Positions 27,682 to 38,201 of a stretch of 64,000 nt of DNA are shown here, piece after piece. The notes beneath the pieces were generated by a model, which was not told the origin of the DNA, did no database searches, and saw only the letters and a list, made by a program, of their open reading frames with translations. A program made the translations under genes and the position numbers. Position 1 is the first letter of the stretch. Every line of letters begins with the position of its first letter. The DNA is from Vulcanimicrobiota bacterium (GTDB lineage Bacteria > Vulcanimicrobiota > Vulcanimicrobiia > Vulcanimicrobiales > Vulcanimicrobiaceae), in assembly GCA_963820825.1 (NCBI GenBank), contig CAWGBN010000008.1, positions 544,001 through 608,000 of the forward strand, read 5' to 3'.

Positions 27682-27777
27682 TTACCGGAACAGCACCATG
27701 ATTGCGGCGCAGACGAAGAAGATGCCGAGGGCAATGTCGAGTATGTCGATTTGTTGGGGTTTTATTGAGCGTATCAT
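27682..27777 (-). CDS. Small single-TM peptide (31 aa), below the ORF-track cutoff
   Basis: Manual translation MIRSIKPQQIDILDIALGIFFVCAAIMVLFR*; stop lies just after the convergent gene end. Confidence 0.55.
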   Translation of the reverse strand: MIRSIKPQQIDILDIALGIFFVCAAIMVLFR

Positions 27778-27896
27778 TTCTACTAAATTAAAACGACGCG
27801 TCGAGCGCGGTGGTTCCACCATCCGGATGTAACCCTAACCCAGGTCACTAATCCGTGATAAAAGGTCTGGTTCGCGCCGGTATGCAAGGCGCAAAT

Positions 27897-29202
27897 ATGA
27901 ACAAGCAGCCGTTCGCCCTCGCCTTTGCCATCGTCGTCACGCTGCCGCTCGCTACGCCGGGAATTGCGAGCGCTCAAGTGTCGCTGACGCCGTTCTACGA
28001 CGCCGTGACCCGGATGACGCCCGACGGCAAGTTGGGACAGGTCGTCAAGACCGAAGAGATCGACACGCCGGTCGCCGGCGCGCGGGCGTGGCGCATCGCC
28101 TACATCTCTTCCGACGCGCAAGAACGCAAGACGCTTGCAACCGCGCTCGTTATGGCACCGACGGGTGCGGCGCCCGCGGGCGGACGTCCGATCGTCGCAT
28201 GGGCGCACGGCACCACCGGATCTGCCGAGAACTGCGGCCCGTCTCAGACAACCAACCCCGCACAACCGCTCAATCAATACTTCTTGATCGGCGGCAACTC
28301 GTGGACCGACTACGGCCTGCCGAGCGTCGATGCGTTCGTCAAAGACGGATACGTCGTCGTCGGAACGGATTACCAGGGACTCGGCGGCGGCGGCAAACAT
28401 CAATACGCCGTCGCGGCGACGAACGCGACGCGACGTCATCAATTCGGTGCGCGCGGTGGCATCCATGGCCGAGGTTGGCGCGCGGAAACGTGCGGTCGTC
28501 TACGGCTGGTCGCAGGGTGGCGGCGCGACGCTCGCTGCCGCGAGCTTGAGCGACTACATCGCGCAGACGGGCACGGCCGCCGACGGCATCGATTTTCTCG
28601 GCTTCGTCGGCTTGGCACCCGACGACGTCGCCGCGGTCATGCCGGCGAATCTCAACGACGAGGCCGCCGCCGCAGATGCGGTGAGCAAACTCGCGGCGAG
28701 TTTCTCCGACAACGTCTTCAACTTCACCCATTTTGCGATGACGATGTGGGGAACGCAGGCCGCCTTTCCCGGTCTGCAGCTCACCGATCTCTTTACGGCC
28801 GACGGCGCCAGCGCCATAGACGAGATCGCAACCGACAAATGCGTGCACGTCTTCTCCGATACGCTCACCTACACGTACGGATCGAACTTTAAATCGTTGA
28901 TGAAGCCGGCGGCGAGCAACGCATTGGCATGGGCGACGGCGCTGTCAAAGGGCAGCGTCGCGCCGGTCAAGCCGGTGGCGCCGGTGATCATCTATTGGGG
29001 AACGGCCGATACGGTCGTGCCGCCGGTAATGGGCGAGCTCTATCGCAACCAGATGTGCAGACTCGGCGCGAACGTGACGCGCGTCCAACTCGCCGGCGCA
29101 CAGACGCACTTCTCGACGCCGGGCGCATCGGCGCCGCTCTACGTACCCTGGATCGAGGATCGCTTCGCGGGCAAAGCCGTGCCGGACGGATGCGCGATTT
29201 AG
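27897..29202 (+). CDS. Secretory lipase family alpha/beta hydrolase (one frameshift near 28430)
   Basis: Signal peptide, WAHGTTG, TDYQGLG in one frame; GWSQGG, GTADTVVP, QTHF in the next. Confidence 0.87.
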
Positions 29203-29222
29203 CGAGCCGTGATAACGGCCGG

Positions 29223-29507
29223 TCAGATCGGCGTTAGAATTTCGCCGGCGCGTTCTTTGGCGAGCGCTCGCACGCCTTCGATCACCAGGCTCCGATAGTG
29301 ATCCGTTTTCGTGTGAAAGTCGAGCGCTGCGCGATCGCGGTAGACTTCCCATAGCGCAAAGACGTTGGGTTGCTCGGTGCTTCGACCGACGTCGAAGGAA
29401 ATGACGCCGGCCTCTGCGCGCGAGCGATCGCACAGCTCTCGAAAGATTGCTTCCGCTCGGTCTGCATCCTCGGGAGCGAAGACAAAGCGCACGGCTTGAA
29501 CGATCAT
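29223..29507 (-). CDS. Antibiotic biosynthesis monooxygenase (putative quinol monooxygenase) family
   Basis: SRAEAGVISF..FALWEVY.D.AALDFH..T.HY. Confidence 0.9.
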   Translation of the reverse strand: MIVQAVRFVFAPEDADRAEAIFRELCDRSRAEAGVISFDVGRSTEQPNVFALWEVYRDRAALDFHTKTDHYRSLVIEGVRALAKERAGEILTPI

Positions 29508-29598
29508 ATTATCCTTATTCGACTACGATAGCACGCTTGAAGCAAACGTAGCGTTACAAGCCCTGCCTGCATCCCGATTCCGACGCGCCGGAAGGTTA

Positions 29599-30441
29599 TT
29601 AAGACTTCGTCAGGCGCGCGTAGAGCGGTACGAGCACGAGGCCCGCGATAACGTAGACGAGGACGACGGGAAGCACCATCTTCGTGGCGTTGTTCGCTTG
29701 CGCGAGGATCAGCGCGGGCACCGGAAAGCGCGCGGCGAGCATCGCGGCGAGCGTCACGCGCGTATCGCCTCCGGGACCGCCGAAGAGATGCGCGACGAGC
29801 ACCGCGAGCGCTACGAAGCCCACGACGATCGCAATCGATGCGATGTGAAACTTCAAGAGGATCGGCACGGCAACGATCAGCACCAAGACCCCCAGCACCA
29901 TGAACGCGACGTTTGCAGCGATACCGACCGGCTTGACGATCGCGTCGGCAACGGCGGGCAGATAGCGGCGCGTCAGCAAGCCGAGGAAGATCGGCACGAC
30001 GAAGAACATCAGGCTGCGCGAAAGCACCGGCCCCCACGTGAGGTTCAAGTTATCGGCGGCGATACCAAGGCTCTGTACGATCGTCACCGTGAGCGGAATC
30101 GTCACCACGGAGATGAGGAACGCTTCCGCCTGCCAGGCGAGCCCGATGTCGAAGTTGCCCATCTTACGCAACCGCTTCGACGCCGGCGGTGCCGGCGGCG
30201 CAATCGACATCAGCGCGAGCCCGACCCAGAGCGCTCTCGGCAAGATTCCGAACGCGCCGAGCGCCGTCGCGATCGCCGGCATAACAACGAAGGCCGCGAG
30301 AAAGAAACGCAGGTTCAGTCCCCATCGCGCGAGCAGCGCGCGCAGTTGGGGGCCGCCCGTCTCGACGCCGATGTGGAAGGTCATCAGCGGCTGCGCGATC
30401 ATCACGATGATGCCGATCGCCGCGACTAGTTTTTGTGCCAA
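29599..30441 (-). CDS. Bile acid:sodium symporter-like membrane protein
   Basis: Multiple TM segments; VGLALMSIAPPAP, VPIFLGLL, HLFGGP. Confidence 0.7.
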   Translation of the reverse strand: MAQKLVAAIGIIVMIAQPLMTFHIGVETGGPQLRALLARWGLNLRFFLAAFVVMPAIATALGAFGILPRALWVGLALMSIAPPAPPASKRLRKMGNFDIGLAWQAEAFLISVVTIPLTVTIVQSLGIAADNLNLTWGPVLSRSLMFFVVPIFLGLLTRRYLPAVADAIVKPVGIAANVAFMVLGVLVLIVAVPILLKFHIASIAIVVGFVALAVLVAHLFGGPGGDTRVTLAAMLAARFPVPALILAQANNATKMVLPVVLVYVIAGLVLVPLYARLTKS

Positions 30442-30557
30442 ACGCTCTCCATCGCTTCTGAGAATGCCCTTCGGCGTCGCCGCGCACCTGCGCGCGAGAG
30501 GTCGTCGGCGCCGTTTCCTGGTAGTTGCTCAGCGAAATCGAATCGGGAGGTGCCAGT

Positions 30558-31535
30558 GTGGTTGTAGCGCGCAGAGCTTTCAGCGCTTCGGCAATCCGCG
30601 CGGCCGGCGGCATTCTCGGGGCCGCGGCGGTGATTGGGTGCGCCGCGCTGATGGGCTGGGGCACGATCTGGAACGCTTGGATTTACGCGGTCATCGCTTT
30701 AGTGCTGGTCTACGCAATCTCGATGCTCGTCTCCGGAAAGGCGAGCCCATTTCAGCTCGCGGTCGGCGCGGACGGCCTGCTGAGCGTCTCAAAGTTCCAA
30801 TTTCTCGCGTGGAACGTCACCGTGCTCTGCTGTTACGTGTGGCTGGCTGCGGTTTCGTACTACAACCATCCGAACTGGTGGTACGCGCTGGTGGTTCCGC
30901 ATAACGTGCTCTACATAATGGGCTTCAGCATCGTCACGCTGGCAACGGCAAAGGGCATCACCGTCTCGTACCTCAACGGCGGACGTATCAGCAAACCCCC
31001 GATGCACAACGAGAGCAGCCGGCTTGCGTATCTGTGCGCGCGCGACGACGGCGTCAGTCCCGATCTCGTCAAGATTCAAATGCTCGCGTGGACGACCGTT
31101 GCACTCGTCGTCTTCGTTGGGCGCGTGATTCATTCGGCCTCTCCCGCCGATCCGACCCACGCGATGGCGCAGATTCCCGACATCGATCAAGCGCTCATGG
31201 TGCTGATGGGCCTCGGTCAAGCCGCCTATCTCGGAAATAAGCTGACTGGGAGCGACGTCCCGGTCATTGCCGGCATCGCGCCGGCGGCGCTGGCGCGCGC
31301 GGCCGGCGGCACGATTACGGTGAGCGGTTCGAATCTCGAGGGACACTTGACGCTCTGTATCGACAACCTTCCGGTCGGTACGGTGGCAGTCGCACCGCAC
31401 AGCACGTCGACCCGCGTGACGGTTCCCCCCTCGACGCTCGCCGGCGCGGGAATCGAGGCCGGGGCTCACACCGTGTCGTGCAACGTCGACGGCGTGCAGT
31501 CGTCGAACTCGGTACCGCTGACCGTTACGGAGTAG
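30558..31535 (+). CDS. Multi-TM hypothetical protein with C-terminal IPT/TIG-like domain
   Basis: GGGAGG RBS; duplicated KxQxLAW...xMGx unit; PVIAGIAP..GGTITVSGSNL. Confidence 0.75.
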   Translation: MVVARRAFSASAIRAAGGILGAAAVIGCAALMGWGTIWNAWIYAVIALVLVYAISMLVSGKASPFQLAVGADGLLSVSKFQFLAWNVTVLCCYVWLAAVSYYNHPNWWYALVVPHNVLYIMGFSIVTLATAKGITVSYLNGGRISKPPMHNESSRLAYLCARDDGVSPDLVKIQMLAWTTVALVVFVGRVIHSASPADPTHAMAQIPDIDQALMVLMGLGQAAYLGNKLTGSDVPVIAGIAPAALARAAGGTITVSGSNLEGHLTLCIDNLPVGTVAVAPHSTSTRVTVPPSTLAGAGIEAGAHTVSCNVDGVQSSNSVPLTVTE

Positions 31536-32037
31536 CGCCCTCGGCTGCTCTGCGGATCTCGTTGATGTCGAGCTTCTTCATCTGCAGCAGCGCCTTCATC
31601 GCGCGGTCGCGCTTCTCGGGATCGTCGTGACCGACGTAGTCGCTCAAACCCTTCGGCACGATGTTCCAGGCGAATCCGAACCTATCGCGCAGCCAACCGC
31701 ACTGTAGAATCTCGCCGCCCTCGGCGAGACGATCCCAGACGTTGTCGAGCTCGCCTTGGGTTTCGCAGGTGACGAAGAACGCGACGCCACCGCGCGGGGG
31801 AACGTCCGTTTCCTCCGAGCCGCCCACGCCGCCGCCGTTGAGCGCCATGAACTCTTGTCCCTCGAGCGTAAACTCGATCATCATCGGCTTGCCTTTGGGT
31901 CCGGGACCCGCGTCGCCGTAGGGCGTTACTTTGTCGATCTTGGCGTTTTTGAAGATCGAGATGTAGAAGTCGATCGCCTCCTCCGCTTCGTCGTTGAACC
32001 AGAGCAGCGGCGTGATTTTCTGTTCGGTGCCTACCAT
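31525..32037 (-). CDS. PhnB-like VOC protein (3-demethylubiquinone-9 3-methyltransferase family)
   Basis: KITPLLWF..AEEA..FY, FMALNGG, CGWLRDRFG, MKKLDI. Confidence 0.92.
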   Translation of the reverse strand: MVGTEQKITPLLWFNDEAEEAIDFYISIFKNAKIDKVTPYGDAGPGPKGKPMMIEFTLEGQEFMALNGGGVGGSEETDVPPRGGVAFFVTCETQGELDNVWDRLAEGGEILQCGWLRDRFGFAWNIVPKGLSDYVGHDDPEKRDRAMKALLQMKKLDINEIRRAAEGATP

Positions 32038-32062
32038 TGCGAAGTCGTTTCCTTTCTTTATG

Positions 32063-32803
32063 CTAAAGTCGTTCGAGCAGCGACTCGTCGTCTAAGCGCG
32101 CGAGTTCGGGTGGCACGCGCTTGCGCACGCGCGCCGCGAGCGACGCCGCGATCTCTGCGCGCCGAGCCTCGTCGAACGCGTGGCGCCGTTCGAGGAAGCG
32201 TTTGATCAGCGCGCGTTCGTCGCCGTTGAGATAGGCCGTTGCGGCGTAGGCCGGTTCTTCACGCTGTTGCGCGAGCGCGCTCGGAGCGGCAAGGCGTGCG
32301 TCACGGACGACGATCGTCCCGGCGGCGAGGTCGCCGAGCCGTTTGTTCTCGGGTGAGATCAGCGCGCTGATCGCCGCGATGATGTAGTAGCCGAAGATCC
32401 ATTCGCCCACGCGAATGAGATTGCGAATCAGCGAGGCGCCGAAGTCGATCGGATAACCGCCGTCGCGCACGACGCGCAGCCCGAGGAGTTTCTTGCCGGG
32501 AGTCTGCCCGTTCCATGCCGACTCGAAGACGATGAAGTAACCGAAGAGCACCGTGAAGACGATGACGATCAACATCGCGATGGCGATGCTGAACGCGAGC
32601 TTGTCGGATGCCGGCGCGGCGGCAGCGTGACGGGCGGCGGCCGCACGCGATCCGGCCAGAATCAGTCCGCCGAAAATCGCGACGAGCGCGAGGATTTGGA
32701 TCGCCTGGTCGATCATGAGCGCGAGGAATCGACTCCCCAAACCGGCGAGCTCGTAGTGAAACGCGATGCTTTCGGGCGTGCGAACCTCAAGCGTCCGATC
32801 CAT
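32063..32803 (-). CDS. RDD family protein
   Basis: TPESI..ELAGLGSR..A..ID, GQTPGK, RLGDLAAGT. Confidence 0.92.
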   Translation of the reverse strand: MDRTLEVRTPESIAFHYELAGLGSRFLALMIDQAIQILALVAIFGGLILAGSRAAAARHAAAAPASDKLAFSIAIAMLIVIVFTVLFGYFIVFESAWNGQTPGKKLLGLRVVRDGGYPIDFGASLIRNLIRVGEWIFGYYIIAAISALISPENKRLGDLAAGTIVVRDARLAAPSALAQQREEPAYAATAYLNGDERALIKRFLERRHAFDEARRAEIAASLAARVRKRVPPELARLDDESLLERL

Positions 32804-32854
32804 AACGATCGAGGCGTAGGTTCGACGGCGACGGCTCGCCAACTCTTCTCCGCG

Positions 32855-33805
32855 TTGAACCAGAGCACGTTCGTCTCGCGCCGCTCGCCAACGTGGCAGG
32901 AACTCGAACGCCTCCTGCGGCGCGGCGTTCGCCGCTTGCGCCCCGACGAGGTCGAGGGCCTCGGCCGGCTCTACCGCGCGACGACGAGCGATCTGGCCTA
33001 CGCGCAAGGGCGCGGCTTCGACGCCGCGCTGCTCGAATATCTCAATCGCACCGTCGCTCGCGCGCACGCTCAGGTCTACGCTAGCGGATCCGAGAGCGGC
33101 TTTCGGCGCATAGCGACTCTCTACGCGCGCACCTTCCCGCAAGAGGTTCGCCGGTCGTGGCCATACTTTGCGATCTGCACCGCGCTCACGGTCGTCTGCG
33201 CGGTCGTCGCCTACGTGCTCGTTCGCAGCCATCCCAACGATGCCTACGCGCTGCTGCCCAAGATGCTCGTCTCGGAGAGGATTCGTAAGAGCCTTCACGA
33301 TTCGAACTTTGCCGTCGAAACGAGTTTCGCGCCGGCGATGTCGGCGGCGATCATCGCCAACAACGTGAAGGTTGCAATCATTGCATTCGCGGGCTGCATC
33401 ACCTTAGGCGCGGCGACGATTTGGATCATCGCCACCAACGGTCTGATGCTCGGCGGGATGGGCGCGCTCTTCACCAACGCGGGATTCGGGCGCGATTTTT
33501 GGGCGACGATCGCGCCCCACGGCGTGATCGAGCTGACCGCGATCCAGATCGCCGGTGCCGCGGGCTTACTCATCGCGGCGGCGATGATCTATCCGGGACG
33601 AATGCGCCGGCGCGATCTGATCGTGGCCAACGCGCGGCGCGCCGGCACGCTCATCGTTGGCGTCGCGTCGATGCTCGTCGTCGCGGGAACGATCGAAGCC
33701 TTTATCTCGCCGCGCCGCCTGCCCGAATCGACCCGGATCGCCGTCGGCATCGCGACGGCCGTTATCTTGCTCTATTATTTTGTATTTGCGGGTCGCCGGA
33801 GATGA
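32855..33805 (+). CDS. Stage II sporulation protein M (DUF95) family membrane protein
   Basis: LYRATTSDLA, NNVKVA, PHGVIEL, AGTIEAFISP; TTG start inferred. Confidence 0.9.
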   Translation: MNQSTFVSRRSPTWQELERLLRRGVRRLRPDEVEGLGRLYRATTSDLAYAQGRGFDAALLEYLNRTVARAHAQVYASGSESGFRRIATLYARTFPQEVRRSWPYFAICTALTVVCAVVAYVLVRSHPNDAYALLPKMLVSERIRKSLHDSNFAVETSFAPAMSAAIIANNVKVAIIAFAGCITLGAATIWIIATNGLMLGGMGALFTNAGFGRDFWATIAPHGVIELTAIQIAGAAGLLIAAAMIYPGRMRRRDLIVANARRAGTLIVGVASMLVVAGTIEAFISPRRLPESTRIAVGIATAVILLYYFVFAGRRR

Positions 33806-34155
33806 GCGGCGCGATCGATATGCACGGCGGTCAGTTCGCAGACCGCGTAAATCTCGTCGCACTCCGCGTTGCGCATCTCGTGAACGAACGTCATCTTGCG
33901 TTCGCCGATGCTGATGATGCGCGAGCGGATCTCGACGATATCGCCCGGGAAGAGCTCGCGTTTATACGTGATGGTCTGCTGCACGCCCGCAGCCCCGGCG
34001 TTGGCCTCGCGCAAATATGCGGGCGTCATCCCGACGGCGGCAAGTAAGCTCCAGGTCGCCTCGTCGAACTTTCCCACGTAATACATCACGTTCATGTGAC
34101 CCATGTGATCGCATTGCCAAGGGTAGACCGCTCCACGATAGGTCAGCATCGCCAT
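33775..34155 (-). CDS. Acyl-CoA thioesterase (4HBT-like hotdog fold)
   Basis: VYPWQCDHMGHMNV..Y; 3' end overlaps the convergent gene. Confidence 0.88.
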   Translation of the reverse strand: MAMLTYRGAVYPWQCDHMGHMNVMYYVGKFDEATWSLLAAVGMTPAYLREANAGAAGVQQTITYKRELFPGDIVEIRSRIISIGERKMTFVHEMRNAECDEIYAVCELTAVHIDRAAHLRRPANTK

Positions 34156-34163
34156 GGCTCGAG

Positions 34164-34172
34164 ATTATAACA
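34164..34172 (-). promoter_or_regulatory. Extended -10 promoter element for the thioesterase gene
   Basis: TGTTATAAT 8 nt before ATG with no RBS; overlaps the DUF58 stop codon. Confidence 0.6.
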
Positions 34173-35505
34173 GACCCCGGCGCTTAACGCGCAGATACTC
34201 GTCGATCAGCGCCGTCGTCAACTTCTTCGCCGGAACGTCGATGACCAGAACGCGCCGGCACGCTCGAGGATCACCCGGGCGAGTTGGCGTTCGTTGGCGA
34301 GCCCGAGCGCGACCTTAGCCCGATAGGCGGTAGCGACGCTCTGCGGCGTCGGCGAGCGCGCTGCCGACGGCGGCATCGTTCATGAAGACGCAGACGAGCA
34401 GATGATGCTTCGCGAGCGAGCCGACCTCGGCCATCACCGCGCCTGCGCGATCGGATCGATCACGTCGGTGAGAAAGACGATCAGCGAGCGCTTGTGCAAG
34501 TGATGGCGCAGATAGGCGAAGGCGCGCGTGTAGTTCGATTCTTCGAAGCGCGGTTCGAGGTCGTACAGGGCGTCGGAGAGATGGGCGATCGACGAACGCG
34601 TCGAACGCGGCGCGGCTCGCGGCGATGATTTCGTGAGCGAAAGCGACGAGACCGACGCGATCGCTGACGAGGCCGGCGATCGTGGCGAGCGATAGTGCCG
34701 CGGTGACCGCATAGTCGAGCTTCCGCCGGTCGTCGATGCGTGCCGTCATCAGCCGCCCGCAGTCGAGCAGCAGCATCACGTTTGGCTGCGCTCGACTTCG
34801 TGCTGCGCGACCATCAGCTTGCCGCGCCGCGCCGTCGCCTTCCAGTCGACCACGCGGAAGGCGTCGCCGTCGCTCCATTCGCGCAGCGATTCGAACTCGG
34901 TGCCGAGCCGCGCAGCTTGAATGCGGCGCAGTCCCGCCTCGATGGTGCGATTGCGCAGGTGAAGTGCCCCGTAGCGCTCGACCGCGCAGAGGTCGGGAAA
35001 GACGCGGATCGCCTGCGGCGCGGCGACGTCGTTGGCGCCGGCGCAACAAACCGAGCGCGATTTTCATACCAGACGTAGAGCGGCTGCAGCTCGTCGGCAC
35101 CGCGCGTACACCGGCGTCACGGCTCGTGCGTCGTTGCGAGGCTCTGCGGCCGGGACGACCGCGACGAGCTCGTCGATTTCGAAGCGCAGCGTTGCACGGG
35201 CGTTTCGACGATGGCCAGACCCGCACCGCGACGCGCGAGCGATTTTCGACGCTATAGGAGAGGTCGGCGGGCACGCCCAGCGCAAAGTGCTTCGGCGGCG
35301 TGCGCTCGATTCGCAATCGCGAGGCCGGCGGTCCCATAATCGCGTCGGCGATGGTCGCAGCCGAGAGCGCGACGGCGAGCGCGAGCGCCAACGGAATGAA
35401 GAGCGCGACGCCGGGCGAGAGCGCGAGCAGCAGCGCGATCGCCGCAAGCGCCCAGAGAAATCGCGCGGTAATCCACGGCGGAAGCCAGATACGAGCCTCG
35501 GGCAC
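34165..35505 (-). CDS. DUF58 (vWA-like) family protein, split by several indels
   Basis: Fragments GTEFESLREW..GD..R.VDWKATARR, LLLDCGRLM, RSLIVFLTD, LIDEYLRVKRRGLL*. Confidence 0.85.
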
Positions 35506-35510
35506 TCAGA

Positions 35511-36475
35511 TTACGATGGCGCGTCGCCGGGGACGGGGACCTCGACAGCACGTCGTGCAGCACGTCGTGCGCGGAGATGCCCTCGATCTCGGCGTCGGGA
35601 GCGACGATCAGACGATGCGGAATGACGAAATCCGCGACGTCTTTGACGTCGTCGGGAGTTGCGAAGTCGCGCCCGGCGATCGCGGCGGCCGCCTGTGCCG
35701 CGACGAGCAGTTGAATCCCGGCGCGCGGCGATGCACCGAGCGTCAAACGCGGATGCGTACGCGTCGCCGCCACAACGCGATACGTGTACTCGCGCAGCCC
35801 GTCGGAGAGGTGCACGCGGCGGACGTCTCTCTGTGCTTCGATCACCTCCGCCGCGTTGGTGACCGGTTCGAGATGCGACGCCTCCAAATCGCGCGCGTCG
35901 AAGCCGGCGGCGGTGCGCGCGAGCAGCTCGAGCTCTTGCGCCTGTTGCGGGTACGACGACTCGATCTTGATCATGAAACGATCGAGCTGCGCCTCGGGAA
36001 GCGGATAGGTGCCTTCGTACTCGATCGGGTTCTGCGTCGCGGCGAGCAGAAACGGCTGCGGCAGCGGATAGGAGACGCCGTCGATCGTGATGCGGCCCTC
36101 TTCCATTGCCTCGAGCAGCGCCGACTGCGTCTTGGGCGGCGTACGGTTCACCTCGTCGGCGAGCACGACGTTGGCGACGATCGGACCGGTGCGGGTGGTG
36201 AACTGCGCGGTCTGCGGATTGAAGACGGTCGTCCCGACGACGTCGGAGGGCATCAAGTCGGGCGTAAAGGCGATGCGCCGGAACTCCACGCCCAAAAGCA
36301 GCGCGAGCGCGCGCACCGCAAGGGTCTTTCCGGTGCCCGGCACGCCTTCGATCAGCACGTGGCTGCGGGCGAATAGCGCGATCGTCAGGCCCAACGTCAT
36401 ACGATCCGCGCCGACCAAGACGCGCTCCATTCCGGACTCGATGCGTCCGGCAACCTCTTGCACCGATGCGCTCAC
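35511..36475 (-). CDS. moxR: MoxR family AAA+ ATPase (frameshift near 35541 at the extreme 3' end)
   Basis: EGVPGTGKT, FTPDLMPSD, DEVNRTPPKTQSALLEAM, ATQNPIEYEGTYPLPEAQLDRF. Confidence 0.95.
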
Positions 36476-37437
36476 GCGTGCTCCTTTCGCAGACGATACT
36501 CCGCGATCGCGCGTCTTACTACCTCGCGGTCATCCGGACGGCGGTGCGAGCGGCGCATCAGCTCGGCTACCGCGGTGATATAGTGCGATGAGTCGCGCTC
36601 GTCGGGCGGATTGGCCAGATACGGCGGTGCGAACGGCACGTTGGCGCCGATTAGCGCGATGACCGCGAGCGCGAGAACGATCCAGACCGCGGCGTGCACC
36701 GGGCCCGGAAGTACGCCCCACATCGTCGGACTCTCGCTGTAGCCGTGGGCGAACTCGTCGAAGGCAACCGCGCCGTGACCGGCGATGACGTTATAGGCAA
36801 AGCGCAGGTTATCGCCGTTACGCAGCTGCTCGTTGCCGAAGAGCTGGGGCGCGGTCACCGCGATCACCTCGCCACGACCGTAGCGATACCAAACCGCGAC
36901 CATGCCTTTTCCGTTGGCGAGCAGCGGAATGCCGTGCCGTTCTTTGAAGGGAAAGGTCCAGTCGATCGAGCCGCGCACCGCAGCGACTCCGGTCGTATAG
37001 GCGTTACGCGCAAGAACGATCGCCTCATTGCCTCCGGGCGTCTGCAGCGACGTTCCGACTCCGGGCGTTACGTCTTGCGGTCCGGCAAACTCGGCATCGA
37101 TGGCAACGAATCGCCCTCCACCAGTAATGAAGCTGCGCAGCCTCTCCATGTCGCGCTGGTCGAGCGGTTTCGCGGAGGGATCGTGTTCGTAACCGGTGAG
37201 CACGAGCGTCTTGATCGACGGATCGATCGCCGGCAGCTCGCGTTCGAATCGCTGCACCGGAACGCCGGCGGCGGCGAGGACGCCGAAGAGTGCGCGGTAG
37301 CCGTTCGGACCCGTGTCGTAGGTCGAGTAGACCGACGGGTGCTCCTTCCGTTCGATCGCGGTGCGTTCGTAGGCGAGCACCACGAGCACGACCGCACAGG
37401 CCGCGAGAATGACGAGATCGAGCGGGCGCCGTCTCAC
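36472..37437 (-). CDS. DUF4350 family protein
   Basis: N-terminal TM, STYDTGPNGYRAL, VAFDEFAHGY; position in MoxR operon with GTGA overlap. Confidence 0.85.
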   Translation of the reverse strand: MRRRPLDLVILAACAVVLVVLAYERTAIERKEHPSVYSTYDTGPNGYRALFGVLAAAGVPVQRFERELPAIDPSIKTLVLTGYEHDPSAKPLDQRDMERLRSFITGGGRFVAIDAEFAGPQDVTPGVGTSLQTPGGNEAIVLARNAYTTGVAAVRGSIDWTFPFKERHGIPLLANGKGMVAVWYRYGRGEVIAVTAPQLFGNEQLRNGDNLRFAYNVIAGHGAVAFDEFAHGYSESPTMWGVLPGPVHAAVWIVLALAVIALIGANVPFAPPYLANPPDERDSSHYITAVAELMRRSHRRPDDREVVRRAIAEYRLRKEHA

Positions 37438-38201
37438 GCTTGCGCGCCGCTAAGATGCTCGAATGCGTCACGAGCCCGCTGCCATTGCGCTTCGTCAACC
37501 GCGCGCTCGGCATAGGCTCGCTGCACGAAAGGCGCCGAAACCGCATCGAACGGCGCAACGAACGCGCTGTGATGCGCGCGCAGTCTTTGGCGCAGATCGC
37601 CGACCGTCGCGCTCGATGCCGCGTCGATCGCGCCTTGACGGTCGAGCAATGCGACGGTCGCGGCGAAGAGCAGCAGCGCCGCAGCGCCGTAATCGCCGTC
37701 GTTGGCCGCCACGCAGGCGCGCTTGTAGAGTCCACGCGGCGAGGGAGGCTCCCGCAGCGGCGCGGTCTGCACGCGCGCGGCCGAACGTTCGAGCTGCACC
37801 GCGACCAGCATCCGAATGACCACGTAGAGGAAGAGCACTCCAACGGCGACGAGCAGCACGTCGCCGATGTCGGCGGCCGCGGCGCGACTGACCCGTGCGC
37901 GTCCGAAGAGCGCCCGCCAGAGAGAATGCCACCGATCGGCGATCCAGTTCCACGCGCGCTGCCACCACGCTTCACCCGCCGTCGCTGCAGGCGGATGCGC
38001 GAGGCGATAGCGTCCGGGAGTCGAGAACTCGCGGCGCGCGAGCGCCTGCAAGTCGGGCACCACCGAAGCGCTGGAAGCGACGCTCGGTCCGGCATCGAGC
38101 CGGGCGATCGAATGGGCACGATTTGCAGCGAGCCAGCGGCCGATCAGCGCTTCGCGTGAAGGCGCCGCGATCGCAAGCGTCATCGCGGCGACGGCGATCA
38201 C
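37434..38201 (-). CDS. DUF4129 family membrane protein
   Basis: TM, then GDYGAAALLLF..L..LD, SATVGD, F.RAYA; operon context. Confidence 0.78.
   Translation of the reverse strand: MIAVAAMTLAIAAPSREALIGRWLAANRAHSIARLDAGPSVASSASVVPDLQALARREFSTPGRYRLAHPPAATAGEAWWQRAWNWIADRWHSLWRALFGRARVSRAAAADIGDVLLVAVGVLFLYVVIRMLVAVQLERSAARVQTAPLREPPSPRGLYKRACVAANDGDYGAAALLLFAATVALLDRQGAIDAASSATVGDLRQRLRAHHSAFVAPFDAVSAPFVQRAYAERAVDEAQWQRARDAFEHLSGAQA

Noticed and set aside
28420..28445. Programmed frameshift in the lipase gene
   Set aside because: No slippery heptamer or obvious stimulatory structure; similar indels elsewhere point to sequence error
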